The notes beneath the pieces were generated by a model, which saw only the letters and a program-made list of their open reading frames with translations, did no database searches and had not been told where the DNA came from. This document shows positions 1 through 13,593 of a DNA stretch of 64,000 nucleotides, piece by piece. The translations under genes and the position numbers were made by a program. Each line of letters opens with the position of its first letter. Position 1 is the stretch's first letter. Origin of the DNA: Azolla caroliniana (lineage: Eukaryota > Plantae > Polypodiophyta). The stretch covers positions 14,012,001-14,076,000 of the forward strand of contig JBHGNT010000006.1 of NCBI GenBank assembly GCA_043228905.1, read 5' to 3'.

Positions 1-1931
1 GCGGAGATGTTGATGAGGGATATTCCGGAAGAGAGGCGTCTTGCCAGATTCCCTCGAGTGGCGATGCCGGGCATCCATGCGGAGGTGGTCGAGGTCCGGG
101 CGGAGAGCCGGACCTGGGAGGAGTTCGAAGGACGGCTCCTGGAGAAATACGAGCTGGATGACGCGCTTTGACTTTCGAAGCGGGGCTTCCTGGAGTGGGT
201 GGAGTCCCCCAACAAAGGAAGAAATGCGTCGGTACTCCTCCGGGAGTTTGAGGAATGCTTTGCGCGCCTTTCGGCGCTTGATCGGACCGTTCTGGACACA
301 AGTCGTGTCCTACTGTTTGTCAAATCGGTTGACGCACGGGATCGGGAGCAAGTGGGCTCCTTACTGGAAACCGAAGACGGGCTGACGGCCGACTGGGCTG
401 CGGTAAAAAGAGTCTGTGGCCGTTTTGACAAACGGCAGGAGTGGGCTGATACAGGGGCGACCGGGGCAGGTCCTGTCGCAGCAAGGAAGCTCGAACCGAT
501 ACCACAGGCGCGAAGGGAAGAGACCCGGGAGTGGCTCGAAACCGGTTCGGCTTCGACCGGCATGGTCAGAGGCTCGTCCGGGGGAACAGCTTTGGACGAG
601 TTGACACAGTCGGTAAAGGATCTCCAGATCGCCCAGGCTCGGAGGGAAGGCCGCGAACAGGCTCGTGACCGACGGCCTCCGGCAGGAAATAGGTGCTTGT
701 GGTGCGACGGGGTCGGCCACATCCGGAAAGACTGCGGGGACTTTGCGGAGGCGTTGAGAAGCCGGGTAGTGTACCTGTGGGAAGGTCCGGTGCACGCCAG
801 CGATACCCGGAGGGCCCTGAACCGAAACGACGGGCGAGGAGGAATGAAAAGGCTGATGGAAGAGGCGGTGACCCGGCACGCGGAGACCGTCCACTACTCG
901 GCGTCAGCCGGTATTCGGTTCGGAGGTAGCGAGGCCCGGAAGGAGAGCAAAGCCGGGTTCTGGCCGACGATGCTGGAAGGCCTCGCCGGTGCCCGACTAA
1001 GGAAAGACGAGGCGGACCGCGCGGAGAAGCGGGTCCAGGAGGAGTGACCCGATCGAAGAAAAGACGGGTTTCGTCGAAGCAGCTTGCCAGAACTACGAGG
1101 CTCTGGTTGAAGACAAAGAGGTAGGTAAAACTGGAGGGGCCGGACCCTCACAGAGATACGAAACCCGATTCGGGCCGAAACGGAACGAGGCCAGTGAGAC
1201 CAGTGCCCGGGATAACCACAAGAAGGGCGGATACCGGTTGGGCACGGAGATCGAAAGGACCACGGACCTACGAAAGGTCCTAGAAGAACGAATCCTCGAC
1301 AACAAGGTGGAACTGTCGTTGCGGGAGGTGCTCGGAATTGCCAAGAAGGAGTTCCACGACTCCATCGTAAACCCTAAACCCTAAACCGGAAAGGCCGGTG
1401 GAGGTGCGGACGACGCACATAGAGGACATGGCGCTAGAAGACGAGTGGGTGGAGAGCCACTATTCGAGGCCACACTGGGCCCAAGCGAGCACGGAAACCC
1501 CGGTGAAGATCGGAGATGTTTAGGAACCGGTGGTGGCGCTGGTCGACCACGGTTCGGAAATAAACCTAATGTCCATGGACTACTACAAGAAGGGGAAATG
1601 GCCGATCAACACCAAGCACGGGTGGAAGATACGGGCGGCGACGCGCGCCACGGAGGAACTACACGGGGCCTACCCAAACGTGCGAGTCAAGATCGGCGAC
1701 GTCGAGATAGACCAACACTTCTTTGTGCAGGGGACGTCCTCGCACCCGGTCATACTAGGAGAACCGTACATTACGGCAGCGCGGATGGAGACCAAGGTGC
1801 TGGACAACGGGTCGGCTTACGCGAGGGTCAAGAGTCAGGACGGGCGTCATTCGGTCGAGTTCCTGACGGTGCGACCGAACCACGAGCGAAACCGCGAGTC
1901 CCTCGGTGGCGAGAACCGAGAGGATTCTTAG
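1..1931 (+). pseudogene. gypsy gag + aspartic protease, with stops and a frameshift
   Basis: ORF 199-1047 has a zinc knuckle; ORF 1530-1931 has the retropepsin motif ALVDHGSEINLM...VILGEPY. Stops at ~169 and 1045; telomeric insert at 1368. Confidence 0.85.
1368..1387 (-). repeat. short plant telomeric repeat (TTTAGGG)x~3
   Basis: TAAACCCTAAACCCTAAACC embedded in GC-rich gypsy coding sequence. Confidence 0.85.
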
Positions 1932-4900
1932 AGAGAGCTGTCAAGGTGTGGGGCCGCGATAGTCCGGACACTCCGGGAAAACCCCACAAATGTACGATAG
2001 AGGCGAAACCGAAGAAACCTTGTACCATAAGTAGGAAGTTTTGTTTCTCCGACAACGAAGGGTGTACGATAGTCGGTGTCGTTGGCCGAGAAAAGACAAG
2101 GGCGGAAGAGCGACTTCGGGTGTGCGGAGTTCTCGGGCCCAGCGAGGAAATCAACGGAGCCGTGGAGGCGGTCTCCTTCGACGATACCTTGGGAATACTG
2201 CGAGAGGTGGTCGGAGAGGGCCTTAAAGAGGACCAGACGATACCGGTTTGTTCAGAAGAGATGTACGAAGTCATCGCGGACTTCAGTCGGGGGCTCGAGT
2301 CGGATCGGACGGCCCGGGTTAACATGAAGTACAAGACTGTGGACTGGAAGGTAAGGCCAGTCGCGGCACCCTTACCGGAGGGCAGTGAGTTGCGAATCAA
2401 GGGGGTCGCGTCGGACCCCATTTTACGAGATCCGGCCTGCATAGGACACACCTTCACCGACAGAATGCTACGGGAGCTCAAAATCGGTGGGGGCGGGTTC
2501 CTACTGCCGGCGGAAGAAGACCGGTTCCGGAGAATGCTCGAAAGGCACGGGAAAGCCTTTGCATTCTCACCGGAAGAGATCGGGTGCGTAGACCCGACAG
2601 TCGTGAAGCCGATGGTGATATTCACGGTACCGCATGTGCCGTGGAATCTCAAACCAATTCCGGTACGGAGAGCTCACATCCCGGAGCTGATGGAGTTGTT
2701 GAGGCAGAAAGTCGATATGGGCATCCTCGAACCATCGAGTGCCCCGTACTCGAACCGGTGGTTTACCGTACCGAAGAAGAATGGGACGTTGCGCTTCATT
2801 CAAGACCTGCAACCGGTCAACAAAGTGACCATTCGGAACACAGGAATCGGACCAACGATAGATGAGTTCACGGAGGCCTTCGCCGGAAGGTCAATCTACT
2901 CAGTCGGTGATCTGTACTCGGGGTACGATCAGTTCCAACTAGCCATAGAGAGCAGAGACATTACGACGATGCGGACTCCTCTCGGCCTAGTGCGGATGTG
3001 TACCCTGCCACAAGGAGGGACGAACTCGGTGGCCCACATGGTGAATGCGATGAACAAGGTGCTGAGGGATTGTATCCCGAACATCACCATGCCATTCTTG
3101 GACGACATCCCGATCAAGGGATGTCCGGTGGAGGAAAAGGACGAAACAATCGGACCGGACGGATGCCGGAAATTCGTGGCGACACACATTGACGACTGCG
3201 AGAGGGTGCTACAGAGGCTAGAGGACGCAAGGCTCACCTTCTCCGGGGAGAAATCGGCCTTCGGGAAATCAGAGATCATGGTCGTCGGGCATCTATGCGG
3301 ACCGTATGGCCGGAAACTGTCTCCGGCTAAGGTGGAAGCCATCTCCGCAATGAAGCCCGACTGTAACTCGGTCACGAAGGTACGGAGGTTCTTGGGAGTA
3401 TGCACGTTCTACCACATATGGATCCCGCATTACGCCCACGTTGCCGAGCCGCTATATGGGTTGCTGAAAAGGGGGCGAAAATTCGAGTGGCGAGACGAGC
3501 ATACGGAGTCGGTCTGAAAGATGAAGGAGGCTCTTGTTGCAGCTCCGACACTCCGGAAGGCTGTCTAAGAGAAAGGCACTCCCATCTACATAACGGTAGA
3601 TACAAGTCCGACCGGGATCGGATGGGTCGTCAACCAAGAAGATGAGGACGGCATTCGGTTCCCAATCCGTTTCGGCGCGAAGGTCCTCAGCAAGCGACAG
3701 CGAGGATACGCCCAGGTTAAACACGAACTCTGGGGTATCGTTTCAGCAGTGAAGGCCGATAAAGACTATCTGATCGGGACAGAGGTGATTATCGAGACGG
3801 ACTGCCTGTCGATTCTCGGCATGGTTTCCGGATGCGCAACCCCGGACCTGGCAATGCTCAGGTGGATAGCGTACATCAAGTGCCTGGATCCGGAAATACG
3901 ACACATTTCCGGGAAAGACAATGCCATGGCCGACATGCTTTCGAGGGCGCGATTCGACGATGAGGGCGGCATGGTTTCGGAGGACGAGGAAGTCGGCGTG
4001 GACTTCTTCGAGGCGGCTTACGTAACAACCGAGGGGGGGAGCACTCCGGCGCTTAACAATTTCAACGAGAGCAAGTACGATGGGGAGTGCCTGCAGATTG
4101 GGGGATTCTTAAGGACGATGACGCCGGACGCGTCATGGACAAAGGCCGAGGCCAACCGGATCCGAAAGAAAGCGTACCGATTCTTTCTCCGGGACGGATA
4201 CTTGTGGAAGCACCCGAAGAAGAGAAACGGCATCCCGCTCCGAGTAGTGGCGATGGAGGAGGAACAGGAGGAGTTGCTGAAGGCCTACCACGACAGCCCC
4301 TGGGCTGGACACCGTGGGACGTGGGCCACGTTCGAGAAACTAAAGGGGAAGTACTGGTGGCCGGGACTGTACCAGGACGTGCATCGGTTCGTGACAACTT
4401 GTGAGAGCTGTCAGATACACTCCATAGTCCGACATCGGGATGAGCTTCACCCTACATACCCTCCGGCCATCCACTTCAAATGGATGGTAGATTTGGTGAC
4501 TATGCCGATGGGCGTAGGGCAGATGTGATATCTGGTGCTGGCCCGGAAGGACCTGACGAACCAGGTGGAAGGCCGAGCCCTGCAGAACAAAACGACCGCG
4601 GCCGTGTGTCAGTTCCTGATCGAGGACGTGATATGCCGGTACGGGGGTGCGTCGGGAAGATCGTGGTTGACCGCGGGGAGTTGGACGCCGAAGAGGCCGA
4701 GGAGCTATTCAACCGGTTAGGGGTCAAGCTCTCGCTCACCACAGTGTACAATCCGGAGGCGAACGGGAAGGTGGAGCGTGGACACGGACCGATCGTCAAA
4801 GCGCTAGTTCGGGCATGTGGAGGCCAGGTCGGGAACTGGCCACGACGGTTACCTTATGCCTTGTGGGCGGACCGGACAACATACAAATCGGTAACCGGGT

Positions 4901-5511
4901 TCATGCCGTCAGAGCTCATGTTCGGACAGAAGCCAATCATGCCGATGGAACGAACGATCTCCTCTTGGGTGACAGTGGACTGGAGAGACGAGATGAGCCG
5001 GGAAGAACTGCTAGTGGTGCGTATACGGCAGCTCGAGCGGAGGCCAGAGGACATGGAACGAGCGGCGGAGAGACTTCGAACGGCGAGGATGAGGAACAAA
5101 GCCCGGTTCGACCGAACGCACCGGCTCCGACCAAAGAAAATCGAGGAAGGCGATTGGGTGCTAGTCTACAACAGCAGCCTCGACAACCAGCACCGGGCAA
5201 CACGAAAGTTTGCAAAGCGGTGGTTCAGGCCTTACGTGGTAACGAGCGCCAACGACAACGGGACGTGTCACCTGGCGGAAATCGACGGTACAAGGATGGC
5301 GATACCGGTAGCAGGGAAGCGGATCAAAGCGTTCAAGAAGCGCCACGACGGCGAACCGGATCTAAGAGGCCTGGACAGCGACGACGAACAGTCCGAAACG
5401 GAGGACGAACCGGTGGACGAGGAACCGGAACCCGGACCAGTTTTCTCCAACCAGAACCCAATTTTGGTGCATACCGGTGGATGCGCGGTTAGGTGGGGGC
5501 GGATTTCGTGA
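1922..5511 (+). pseudogene. gypsy RT-RNaseH-integrase
   Basis: ORFs 1445-3517 (DLYSGYDQF, LPQG, FLDD), 3749-4528 (RNaseH end and HHCC zinc finger) and 4480-5511 (integrase core), broken by stops and a frameshift. Confidence 0.92.
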
Positions 5512-6020
5512 AGAAAACCGTCCCTTAGCGCAATCGGTGCATAGCGCGCGTGAACCGACTCTTCACGCGTGCGCGCCCTTTAATGTATATAATAGAGAAT
5601 TAGCTACAAAGGTATATCCTAGGTAGTTAGATTCGGTAGGTAGGAAGTTAATGAGGGAAATGGCTCCCTTCTTAAAGCTATAAAAGAGAGGAAGACGCGG
5701 GGAAAGAGGGGAGAAAAAGGGGGCATTGAGGAGAACGAAGTGTTGTCGGACCGAAACCGAACGCTTCTCCTCTATTCGTTCTCCATCGCTCTTCTCTGCA
5801 GGTTTTCGGGAGGCTCGCACTGCTTCGAGGAACGCCTGTGTGCTTCCGGCAGCACCTCCATCCTATCCCCTTTCGTGCGCAAACGAGCAGGCATCGGCAT
5901 CTGTTCGCCGGCCTGTTCGGTTGTAACCGCTCGCATGCTCTGTTGTTTATTTGTCATTCGTTAATATACAAACATTCGTGTCTCTCTGTCTCTGTGTCCA
6001 TTTGGTCTGCCTAACTAAAA
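5504..6020 (+). repeat. 3' LTR of Gy1 (truncated)
   Basis: Follows PPT AGGTGGGGGCGGA. Starts TTTCGTGAAG, one mismatch from TGTCGTGAA, the complement of the TTCACGACA LTR end at 32281-32289. TATA-like CTATAAAA ~5678. Confidence 0.65.
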
Positions 6021-8365
6021 CGAGATCGGACTCTCTTCGTCGGTCCCAATTTCAGGCTCATCCGTAGGCATCATAGTCTCGCTGACCTCATCGTTAGAGC
6101 TCGGATTGGAGTTGAGATCCGGAGTCGGAGGCAAGTACCAGGACGCGGACTCATCAAACACAACGTTGTGGGTTATAACACTTATAACCCTTCTGCGTGT
6201 CTGAGTAACCGACCAAGATACATTTCTCCGCCTTTGCGTCTAGCTTTCTCCGTTTCTCCTTCGGCAATGCAATGCTACCAAAAACTCGTAAGCGTCTCAA
6301 GTTCGGCTTCGTTCCGAAATATAGCTCATGCGCCGACACTTTTTCACCGATCCGATTCTGGATGTATATCGCGGTTCGTACCGCCTCGACCCAATAGACC
6401 TTGGGCAAGCTCTTTTCTGCCAGCATTTCCCGCGCCGCTTCCACAACCAGCCGATTTTTCCTCTCGGCCACGCCGTTTTGCTCCAGCGTGTATCTACAAC
6501 TGAATTCGCACCGAATTCCCATCTGTTGTAGATAACCGTTGAATTGACCGGAAAATTATTCTTTTCCGCCATCCGACCGTAGGCACTTGATCTTTCTTCC
6601 GGTTTCCGTTTCCACGAACCCTTTGAGGTCCCGGAAACAGTCGAAGACTTCGCTCTTCCTCTCAATGAGGTAGATCCACGTGTGCCGCATGTAGTCATCG
6701 ATGGAGACGAAATATCGGCTTCCGCCAAGACTAACGTTCTGTGCTGGCCCCCACACATCGGAGCGTATCAAGTCGAGCTTGTTCCGACTCTGGTTACACT
6801 CGTTGGGGAAGGGAAGTCGGTGTTCCTTCCCAAGCTGGCAAGCTTCACAAATATGTGCCTTCCGGCCACTAAATTTGGGCAATCTGAACACCACCTGTTT
6901 CGATTGCAGGTCCTAAAGCCGCTGGTAGTTGACGTGGCATATCTGTTTGTGCCATAAGTCGATGTCCGACTCGACTTTTTGTCCCTTCACGAACATTGCG
7001 GTGCCACCATCAGTAGAGTCGAGGATGAACATCCTCCCATCTCTGCGCCCTTGCGCAATAACACGACCTTCTTCCTCAATGAAGCAGCCGAGGTGTGTAA
7101 ACTGGACCTCCATCCCTTGGTCGACGATCTGTCCGACTGACACCAAGTTCTTCATGATTGTCGGAATGTGTAGCACGTTCATTAGTTTCCCTTTCTGCCC
7201 GACATGGCTCAGGGGAACTTCTATGACATTCGCAATCAGATGCAGAGTGTCGTCTCCGGTTGTGACTACTCCCGGTTGCATCGGTTTTTCTAGGTACGAG
7301 AACCACTCCTTATGGCAGGTCATGTGGTTTGACGCGCCGGAGTCAACTTACCACACCTCCTCCGACTTCAGGGAGATATTCTTCATTGAGTTTGCTTCGT
7401 GTCTCGTCACGAAGACTGACCCCTTTTTGGCTTCTCCGGATCCTTCAGCGTAGTGCGATCGTTGCCAATTTCCTTTGTCGATTTGTCCAGAACTTGTTCC
7501 GGACCCGGTTCTCTCCGAATCGGCACGCTTTTTCCAACACTCACTCTCCCTATGGCCTTTCTTGCCACAATATCATCATTCCGCAACGGATTTCCCTTGC
7601 CGGTTCTCGTCGCCTCGACTCCCCCTGTTTCCGGAGGGTCCAGAATTGCTGTCGACATCACTTCAGTGCCTTCTTCCTTGATCCCGTCGGCCGCCTCCAT
7701 TGCGTACCGACTCGCCTCATCCGCCACAATCACGGGGCCTATCTCCCTCCATGTACAACATCTTGCTGTCGACATGCGTGCTTGTCGATGCACCCGCGTG
7801 CTTCTCCTCTATAAGGAGCATCGACTGTAAGTCGAAAAACGACGGCGTATTCTCCCGTGTACACAGAGCAGTTTGGAACGCTCTGAGCTTTGACGCCAAA
7901 CCCCCGAGACAGACCTAAAACATCTCGCTTTCCTTGATGTTCACATCGATGGAAGCTAAGGAGTCGCATATATCCTTGATCTTCGAGGTATAGTCAGCCA
8001 CCGAAAAATTGCATTGTCATAGGTTTCTCAACTCTTGTCGGAGCTGAACTTTCCTGGCTGTGGTGCTCGCGGCGAAGATCTTCATCAGATTTTCCCACGC
8101 ACCCTTCAGCGTTCTTGCACCCCGAACGTAGCTTAATAGTTGTTCGCCCACACAAGATGTGAAACAGTACAACACTCAGCTCGCCGATTTTTCCCACGCC
8201 GGGAAGTCTTTGTGTGTCGATTCGGGTGCCGCGTCATTCCCTCCTTCGACATAGCTCCAGTAACCGTGCCCAAGCAGGTACTGGTGCATCTTGTAGGACC
8301 AAGATTGCATAGTTGGTTCTGTCGAGCTTCTCCGTCGAAAGCGAGCTAGCCATTCCTCTGTCCAT
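6021..8365 (-). pseudogene. copia gag-PR-GAG-pre-integrase-integrase remnant (A1)
   Basis: Fragments ICEACQLGKEHR, SDVWGP, LRSDGGKE, EQNGVAERKNR and KCILVGY, with many stops and frameshifts. Confidence 0.88.
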
Positions 8366-8430
8366 CGGTTTTCTTGTTCTTGTTCGTTGGTTTTTTTTTT
8401 TCTTCAAGCAAAGTCGACTGCAGAGGTTCT

Positions 8431-8828
8431 TGTAAATGATTACTTGCGGAAGCGTTAGAAAATAGAGAAAGCAGAGAATACACAGAGTACACAGGAGAGA
8501 CAGAGAGAGCAGAATGTAAAAGCTATATTCAAAACAATATAAACACTCTCTCTATACAACTATGCTCAATAGCACTATTTATACAAGTCCTCATGGAACT
8601 GACAAAAGTACCGCGTACTTTAATGCTCACACGAGCATCTGACACTTACTACGAGACTATAACTGCCTAGTAGTCTAAACTAATACTAGGTTTCCGGTTA
8701 CCGATTGGATCCGGCTAACCGGCTATGTTGCTTGCCGGCTTGGTTGCTCACCGGCTTACCGAACCGTCTCGCTCACCGGCTCAGGCTTATCCAGCCGATC
8801 CAGCTCCAATTGAGCTTGCCGCTCAACA
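8431..8828 (-). repeat. 3' LTR of A2
   Basis: Direct repeat of 13606-14018, adjacent to PPT complement CTCCCCCTCAA. Confidence 0.95.
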
Positions 8829-9196
8829 CTCCCCCTCAAGCTCAACTTCAGGTTGGATCCTAGTGTCAGCCTCTATGGTAGTCGGTTCTTCCAACCGACT
8901 TCTCCTAGCATCGCTCCGCCTTGCTCGCGCTCCTCGTCTGGTCCGGTCTTGTTTGCCGCGACCCTTCTGGTTCTGCGCGCCTCAACCTTCTCGGTCAGCA
9001 TGTCTGCTCAATAGGCCCCTCTCAGCTCCTTCGCTTCTATGACTCCGGCACTTGCCGATCCGTCGGTTCCTCCGCGATGGCATCGACTTCCGCTGCATCC
9101 GTGTTTGCTTGGTCTGTAGTTGATTCGGTTCATCCGGATCCGTCTGTTGATCCGAATCGGCTTTCTCCGATTCGTTCCAGTTCTTTTCCGAATCGG

Positions 9197-12100
9197 TCAC
9201 TCCCGACTCGTTCGAGCTCTTGTCCGAGTCGGTAACCTCCGACTCATTTTCGGTTTAAGGCCCTTCACCACATCAGACCACGTCCGAGTCTTGGCCTTAC
9301 TTCCATCCTCGGCTTCTTCAGCCGATTCACCGATGTTGAATTCTTCATTCGACTCCGTATCTCGGTCACTGTTGCCGTGATGATGATGATTAACTCTGCA
9401 TAGTATGCACTTTTCTTCCTGCGTGCACAGTTCTTCTTTCCGGTTGGCTCGGTCCTCCTTGACCTTGCCACCACTGCCGCTCGTTCCGACTTCTTCGGAC
9501 GTGCCGACTTTCTTCGTCGACTCGGCTTCTTTTTCCTCATCTCCCCCTCCTCTGGTTCTTCCCTTACCGGTGTCGGCAACAATTTCTTTGCCTTTGCCCG
9601 TTCCGGCGGTGTCTTTGCCCCTTCTTCTCCCCCTCAAGTGCGGCACGTCGAGATGCTGAACAGCAAGCATGCCGGTAAAGTGTTGCAACTTGTCCGATCC
9701 GAGCGGCTTGGTGAAGATGTCGGCAACTTGCCGATCCGTGTGAACATACCATAGTTCAACTTCACCGCTCAGGACCCGCTCACGCACAAAGTGATAATGC
9801 ACTTCTATGTGCTTTGTGCGAGCATGGAACATAGGGTTCTTGGCGAGTTGCATGCTGATGATGTTATCACAATAAATCGAGATCGGGGTCGGTACCTCGA
9901 TCCGCAAGTCTCGCAGCAGTCACCGAAGCCAGATGGCTTCGCAGGTGGCAACGGTCGCGCCACGGTACTCAGCCTCAGTGCTTGACAGAGCCACTATTGG
10001 TTGCTTTTTGCTACTCCACGCAACAACTGCGCTCACAAGGGAAAACATAAAACCGGAAGTGGATCTGCGATCCGACTAGCTCTTCGGTTATACCTCGTCG
10101 GTATAACAGTCCCCGGTCCTTTGTGCTACTTACATGTCACAGTATCTGTTGCGCGCACTAAAATGTGCTCCACGGTCGGCTTCTACATGAACTGACTTAT
10201 CATTCCGACCAGATAGCTGATGTCGGGTCACGTGATAGTCAAGTAAATAAGGTTTCTAACAATTTGTCAGAACCGTTTCTCATTGCAGGTCGGTCCGGAG
10301 TTGGGACAAAGCTTCTGGTTCCGATCGAATGGTGTGGAGACAGGTCGGCATTCTATCATGCCGAACTTGTACAACATATTCAAGACATAATGTCGTTGTG
10401 AGAGTAATATGCCGTCGGGGGTTCGGATAACCTCGATCCCAAGAAAATAATGAAGGTCCCCTAGGTCCTTCACCTCAAATGCGTCTGACAACTAGGACTT
10501 GATGCGGTTTACTTCTAGAAGACCCGGTTCGGTGATGACTAAATCATCAACATACAGCAGGATACATACCGGACCGGCTGAGCCTTGCCAGATGAACAAC
10601 GAAGAGTCGGACTTGGAGGCTGCAAACCCCATCTTACGCAACCGGTGCGTGATCTTCGCATTCCAAGCTCGAGGGGCTTGCTTCAGGCTGTACAATGACT
10701 TCTTCAGCTAGCATACCGCCGACTTGTTCATCTCCGATTGAAAACCGGGGGGTTGAATCATAAAGACTTCTTCTTCAAGATCACCCTGAAGAAACGCATT
10801 CTTCACATCCATGTAGTGAAGATGTCACCCCCTTGCTGCAGCAACTGCCAGCACCACACAAACCGTAGTCATCTTCGCTACCGGAGCGAAGGTCTTGTCG
10901 TAGTCGATTCCGTGGGTTTGCGCGTATCGCTTCGCCACTAACCGGGCTTTATACCAGTTAACTGAACCGTCAGCGTTGTACTTTACCTTGTACACTCACT
11001 TGCATCCGATCGGTTTACAGTGACGGAGAGGGTCAACTATGTCCCATGTCTCGTTGACATCAAGTGCCCACATTTCTTCCTCCATAACGGCATGCCAATT
11101 TGCGTCCTTTGCCGCTTCTGCGTAGCTCTCCGGCTCACGCACTTCCACCACCTTATTCATGTATGTATAGTGATGCACCATGTACTCATTGTACCCGTAC
11201 CTCTTGACGAGATCCTTCTGGCGGGTGGACCGGCGTAACTCATCGTTACCCGGTTTGATGCCGATTCATCAAACTCGACATCTCGACTAACTCGGACCTG
11301 CTTTGTCCGGGGGTTATAACACTTATAACCCTTTTAGTCTTGAGCATAGCCGACTAGAATGCATTTTTCTGATTTTGCATCCAGCTTCCTCCGCTTCTCA
11401 TCCGGTACATGCACATATGCAATGCTACCGAAGATCTTAAGGTGTCTCAAATTCGGCTTGTGCCCGAAATATAGCTCGTGAGATGACACCTTGTCACCGA
11501 TCCGGTTCTGGATGTAGACAGCCGTTCGAACTGCCCCCGCCCAATAGAATTTGGGCATGCTCTTCTCCTCTAGCATTGCCCTTGCCGCATCAATAAGCGA
11601 CCGGTTCATCCTTTCGGCAACACCGTTCTGTTGCGGTGTGTATCTGCAGTTGAACTCTCGCCAAATTCCCTTTTACTGCAGATAATTGTTGTATTGGCCG
11701 GAAAAGTATTCTTTTCCGCCATCCGACCGCAGGCATTTGATCTTCCTCTCCGATTCCCGTTCCACCATGCTTTGGAGACTCTGGAAACACTTGAAGACTT
11801 CACTCTTCCGCTCAATGAGGTAGATCCATGTGTGCCGCGTATAGTCGTCGATGAAGGAGACGAAATATCGACTCCCGCCAAGACTAACATTTTGTGCTGG
11901 TCCCCACACATCCGAATGGATAAGGTCGATCTTGTTACGGCTCCGGTTACGTTCGGTAGGGAATGGAAGCCGGTGTTGCTTCCTGAGTTGACAGGCTTCA
12001 CATACTTGCGCTTTCTGGACGTTGAACTTCGTCAAACCGAAAACAACTTGTTTCGTTTGCAGGTCTTGAAGCCTCCGGTAATTGACGTGGCCTATCCGCT

Positions 12101-13512
12101 TGTGCCACAAGTCGATGTCCGATTCGACCTTCTGTCCTTTTGCAAACAGAGCGGTGCCGACGTCATTGGTGTCGTGGATAAACATCCTCCCGTCTCTGCG
12201 CCCTTGTGCAATAATCTGGCCCTCTTCCTCGATGAAGCACCAGAGGTGCGTAAACCGCACCTGCATCCCTGGGTCGACGATCTGTCTACCAACACCAGGT
12301 TCTTCGTGATTGTCGGAACGTGTAATACGTTTATCAGCTTCCCCTTTTGTCCGACGTGGCTCAAAGGGACTTCTCCGACATGCACGATTGGGTGAGGAGT
12401 TTCGTCTCTGGTTTCAACTACTCCTGGTTGATCCTGTTTCTCCAAAAAGGAGAACCACTCTTTGTGGCTCGTCATGTGGTTCGACGCACCGGAATCAACA
12501 TACCACACTTCCTCCGATTTGGAAGTGGTCTTCTTCATCGAGTTCGCCTCATGCTTCATCACCAAGGCTGGCCCGTTACCGTTCTTTGATCCTCCCGATC
12601 CCTTCGCGTAGTGCAAGCTTTGTCGGCCATCCTTGCCAGCCTTGCCGGATCCGGATTTGTCCGAATCGGCGCGTTTTCTTCAACACTCGCTTTCTCTGTG
12701 GCTCTTTTTGCCATAGTACCAGCATTCCATTGTAGTCTTCTCTTGCCGTCTTACAGTGCCGCCATGACTCCCCCTGCTCCCGGAGGGTCCGGAACTGTTG
12801 TCGGTACGTTCTTTGTGCCTTTGTTTCTGGTCCTGTCGGCCGCCTCCATTGCATGCCGACCGGCCTAGTCCACCACGCCCATAGGACCGATCCACTTCCA
12901 TGTACAACATCGAGCTATCAATGGGGCGCTAATTGACGCACCGGCGTGGTTCTCCTCTACAAGGAGCATCGACTGTAAGTCGAAAAATGACAGCGTATTC
13001 TCCCTTATACATACCACCGTTCGGAACGCTCTAAACTTAGACGCCAGGCACCCAAGACAGACCTGTACCATCTCATCTTCCTCTATGGTAACGTTGATAG
13101 AGGCAAGCGAGTCACAAATCTCTTTGATCCGGGCCGTGTAATCTGCCATCGACATGTCCTTCTGTCGGACATTACTCAACTCCTGTCGGAGTTGCAGCTT
13201 TCGGGCTCTAGTGCTCGCGGCAAAAACCTTCTTCAGGTTTCCCCAAGCCTCCTTCGGTGTCTTGGTGTCTCGGATGTGGCTCAACAGCTGGTCTCTAACA
13301 CTGGACGTGAAGCAGTACTTCACTCTGCTTGCCGATTGTTCCCACACTGGGAAATCCTTATGTGCCGCATCAGGTGCTGTTTCATTGGCTCCTTCGATGA
13401 AACTCCAGTAGTCATGCCCAAGCAGGTACTGGTGCATCTTGTACGACCAAGATGCGTAGTTGGATCTGTCGAGTTTCTCCACAGGAAGCGTGCTAGCCAT
13501 TCCTCTATCCAT
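9197..13512 (-). pseudogene. copia gag-pol of A2 with C-terminal tail
   Basis: gag 12865-13515, WYVDSGAS, INT, RT (LYVDD), RNaseH ([13 protein letters not shown]) continuing into a charged tail; internal deletion near 11260. Confidence 0.9.
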
Positions 13513-13593
13513 CACTTCTCTATCTGTTGTTCTTACAACCTGTTAGGGTTTGCTTTCAAGCGTTTGTCGGGTGCAGAAGTTCTCAACCCTCGC

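Larger units (their letters stand above)
1..6020 (+). mobile_element. Ty3/gypsy LTR retrotransposon (Gy1), 5' end outside window, 3' LTR truncated
   Basis: Domain order gag (CCHC CLWCDGVGHIRKDC) - PR (LVDHGSEIN) - RT (FLDD) - RNaseH - INT (HHCC, YNPEANGKVER). Purine tract 5491-5503 precedes the LTR. Copia A1 sequence resumes at ~6021. Confidence 0.9.

Noticed and set aside
1445-1921. N-terminal part of the 690-aa ORF
   Set aside because: It is an alternative frame overlapping the true protease ORF (1530-1931) and has no recognisable motif.
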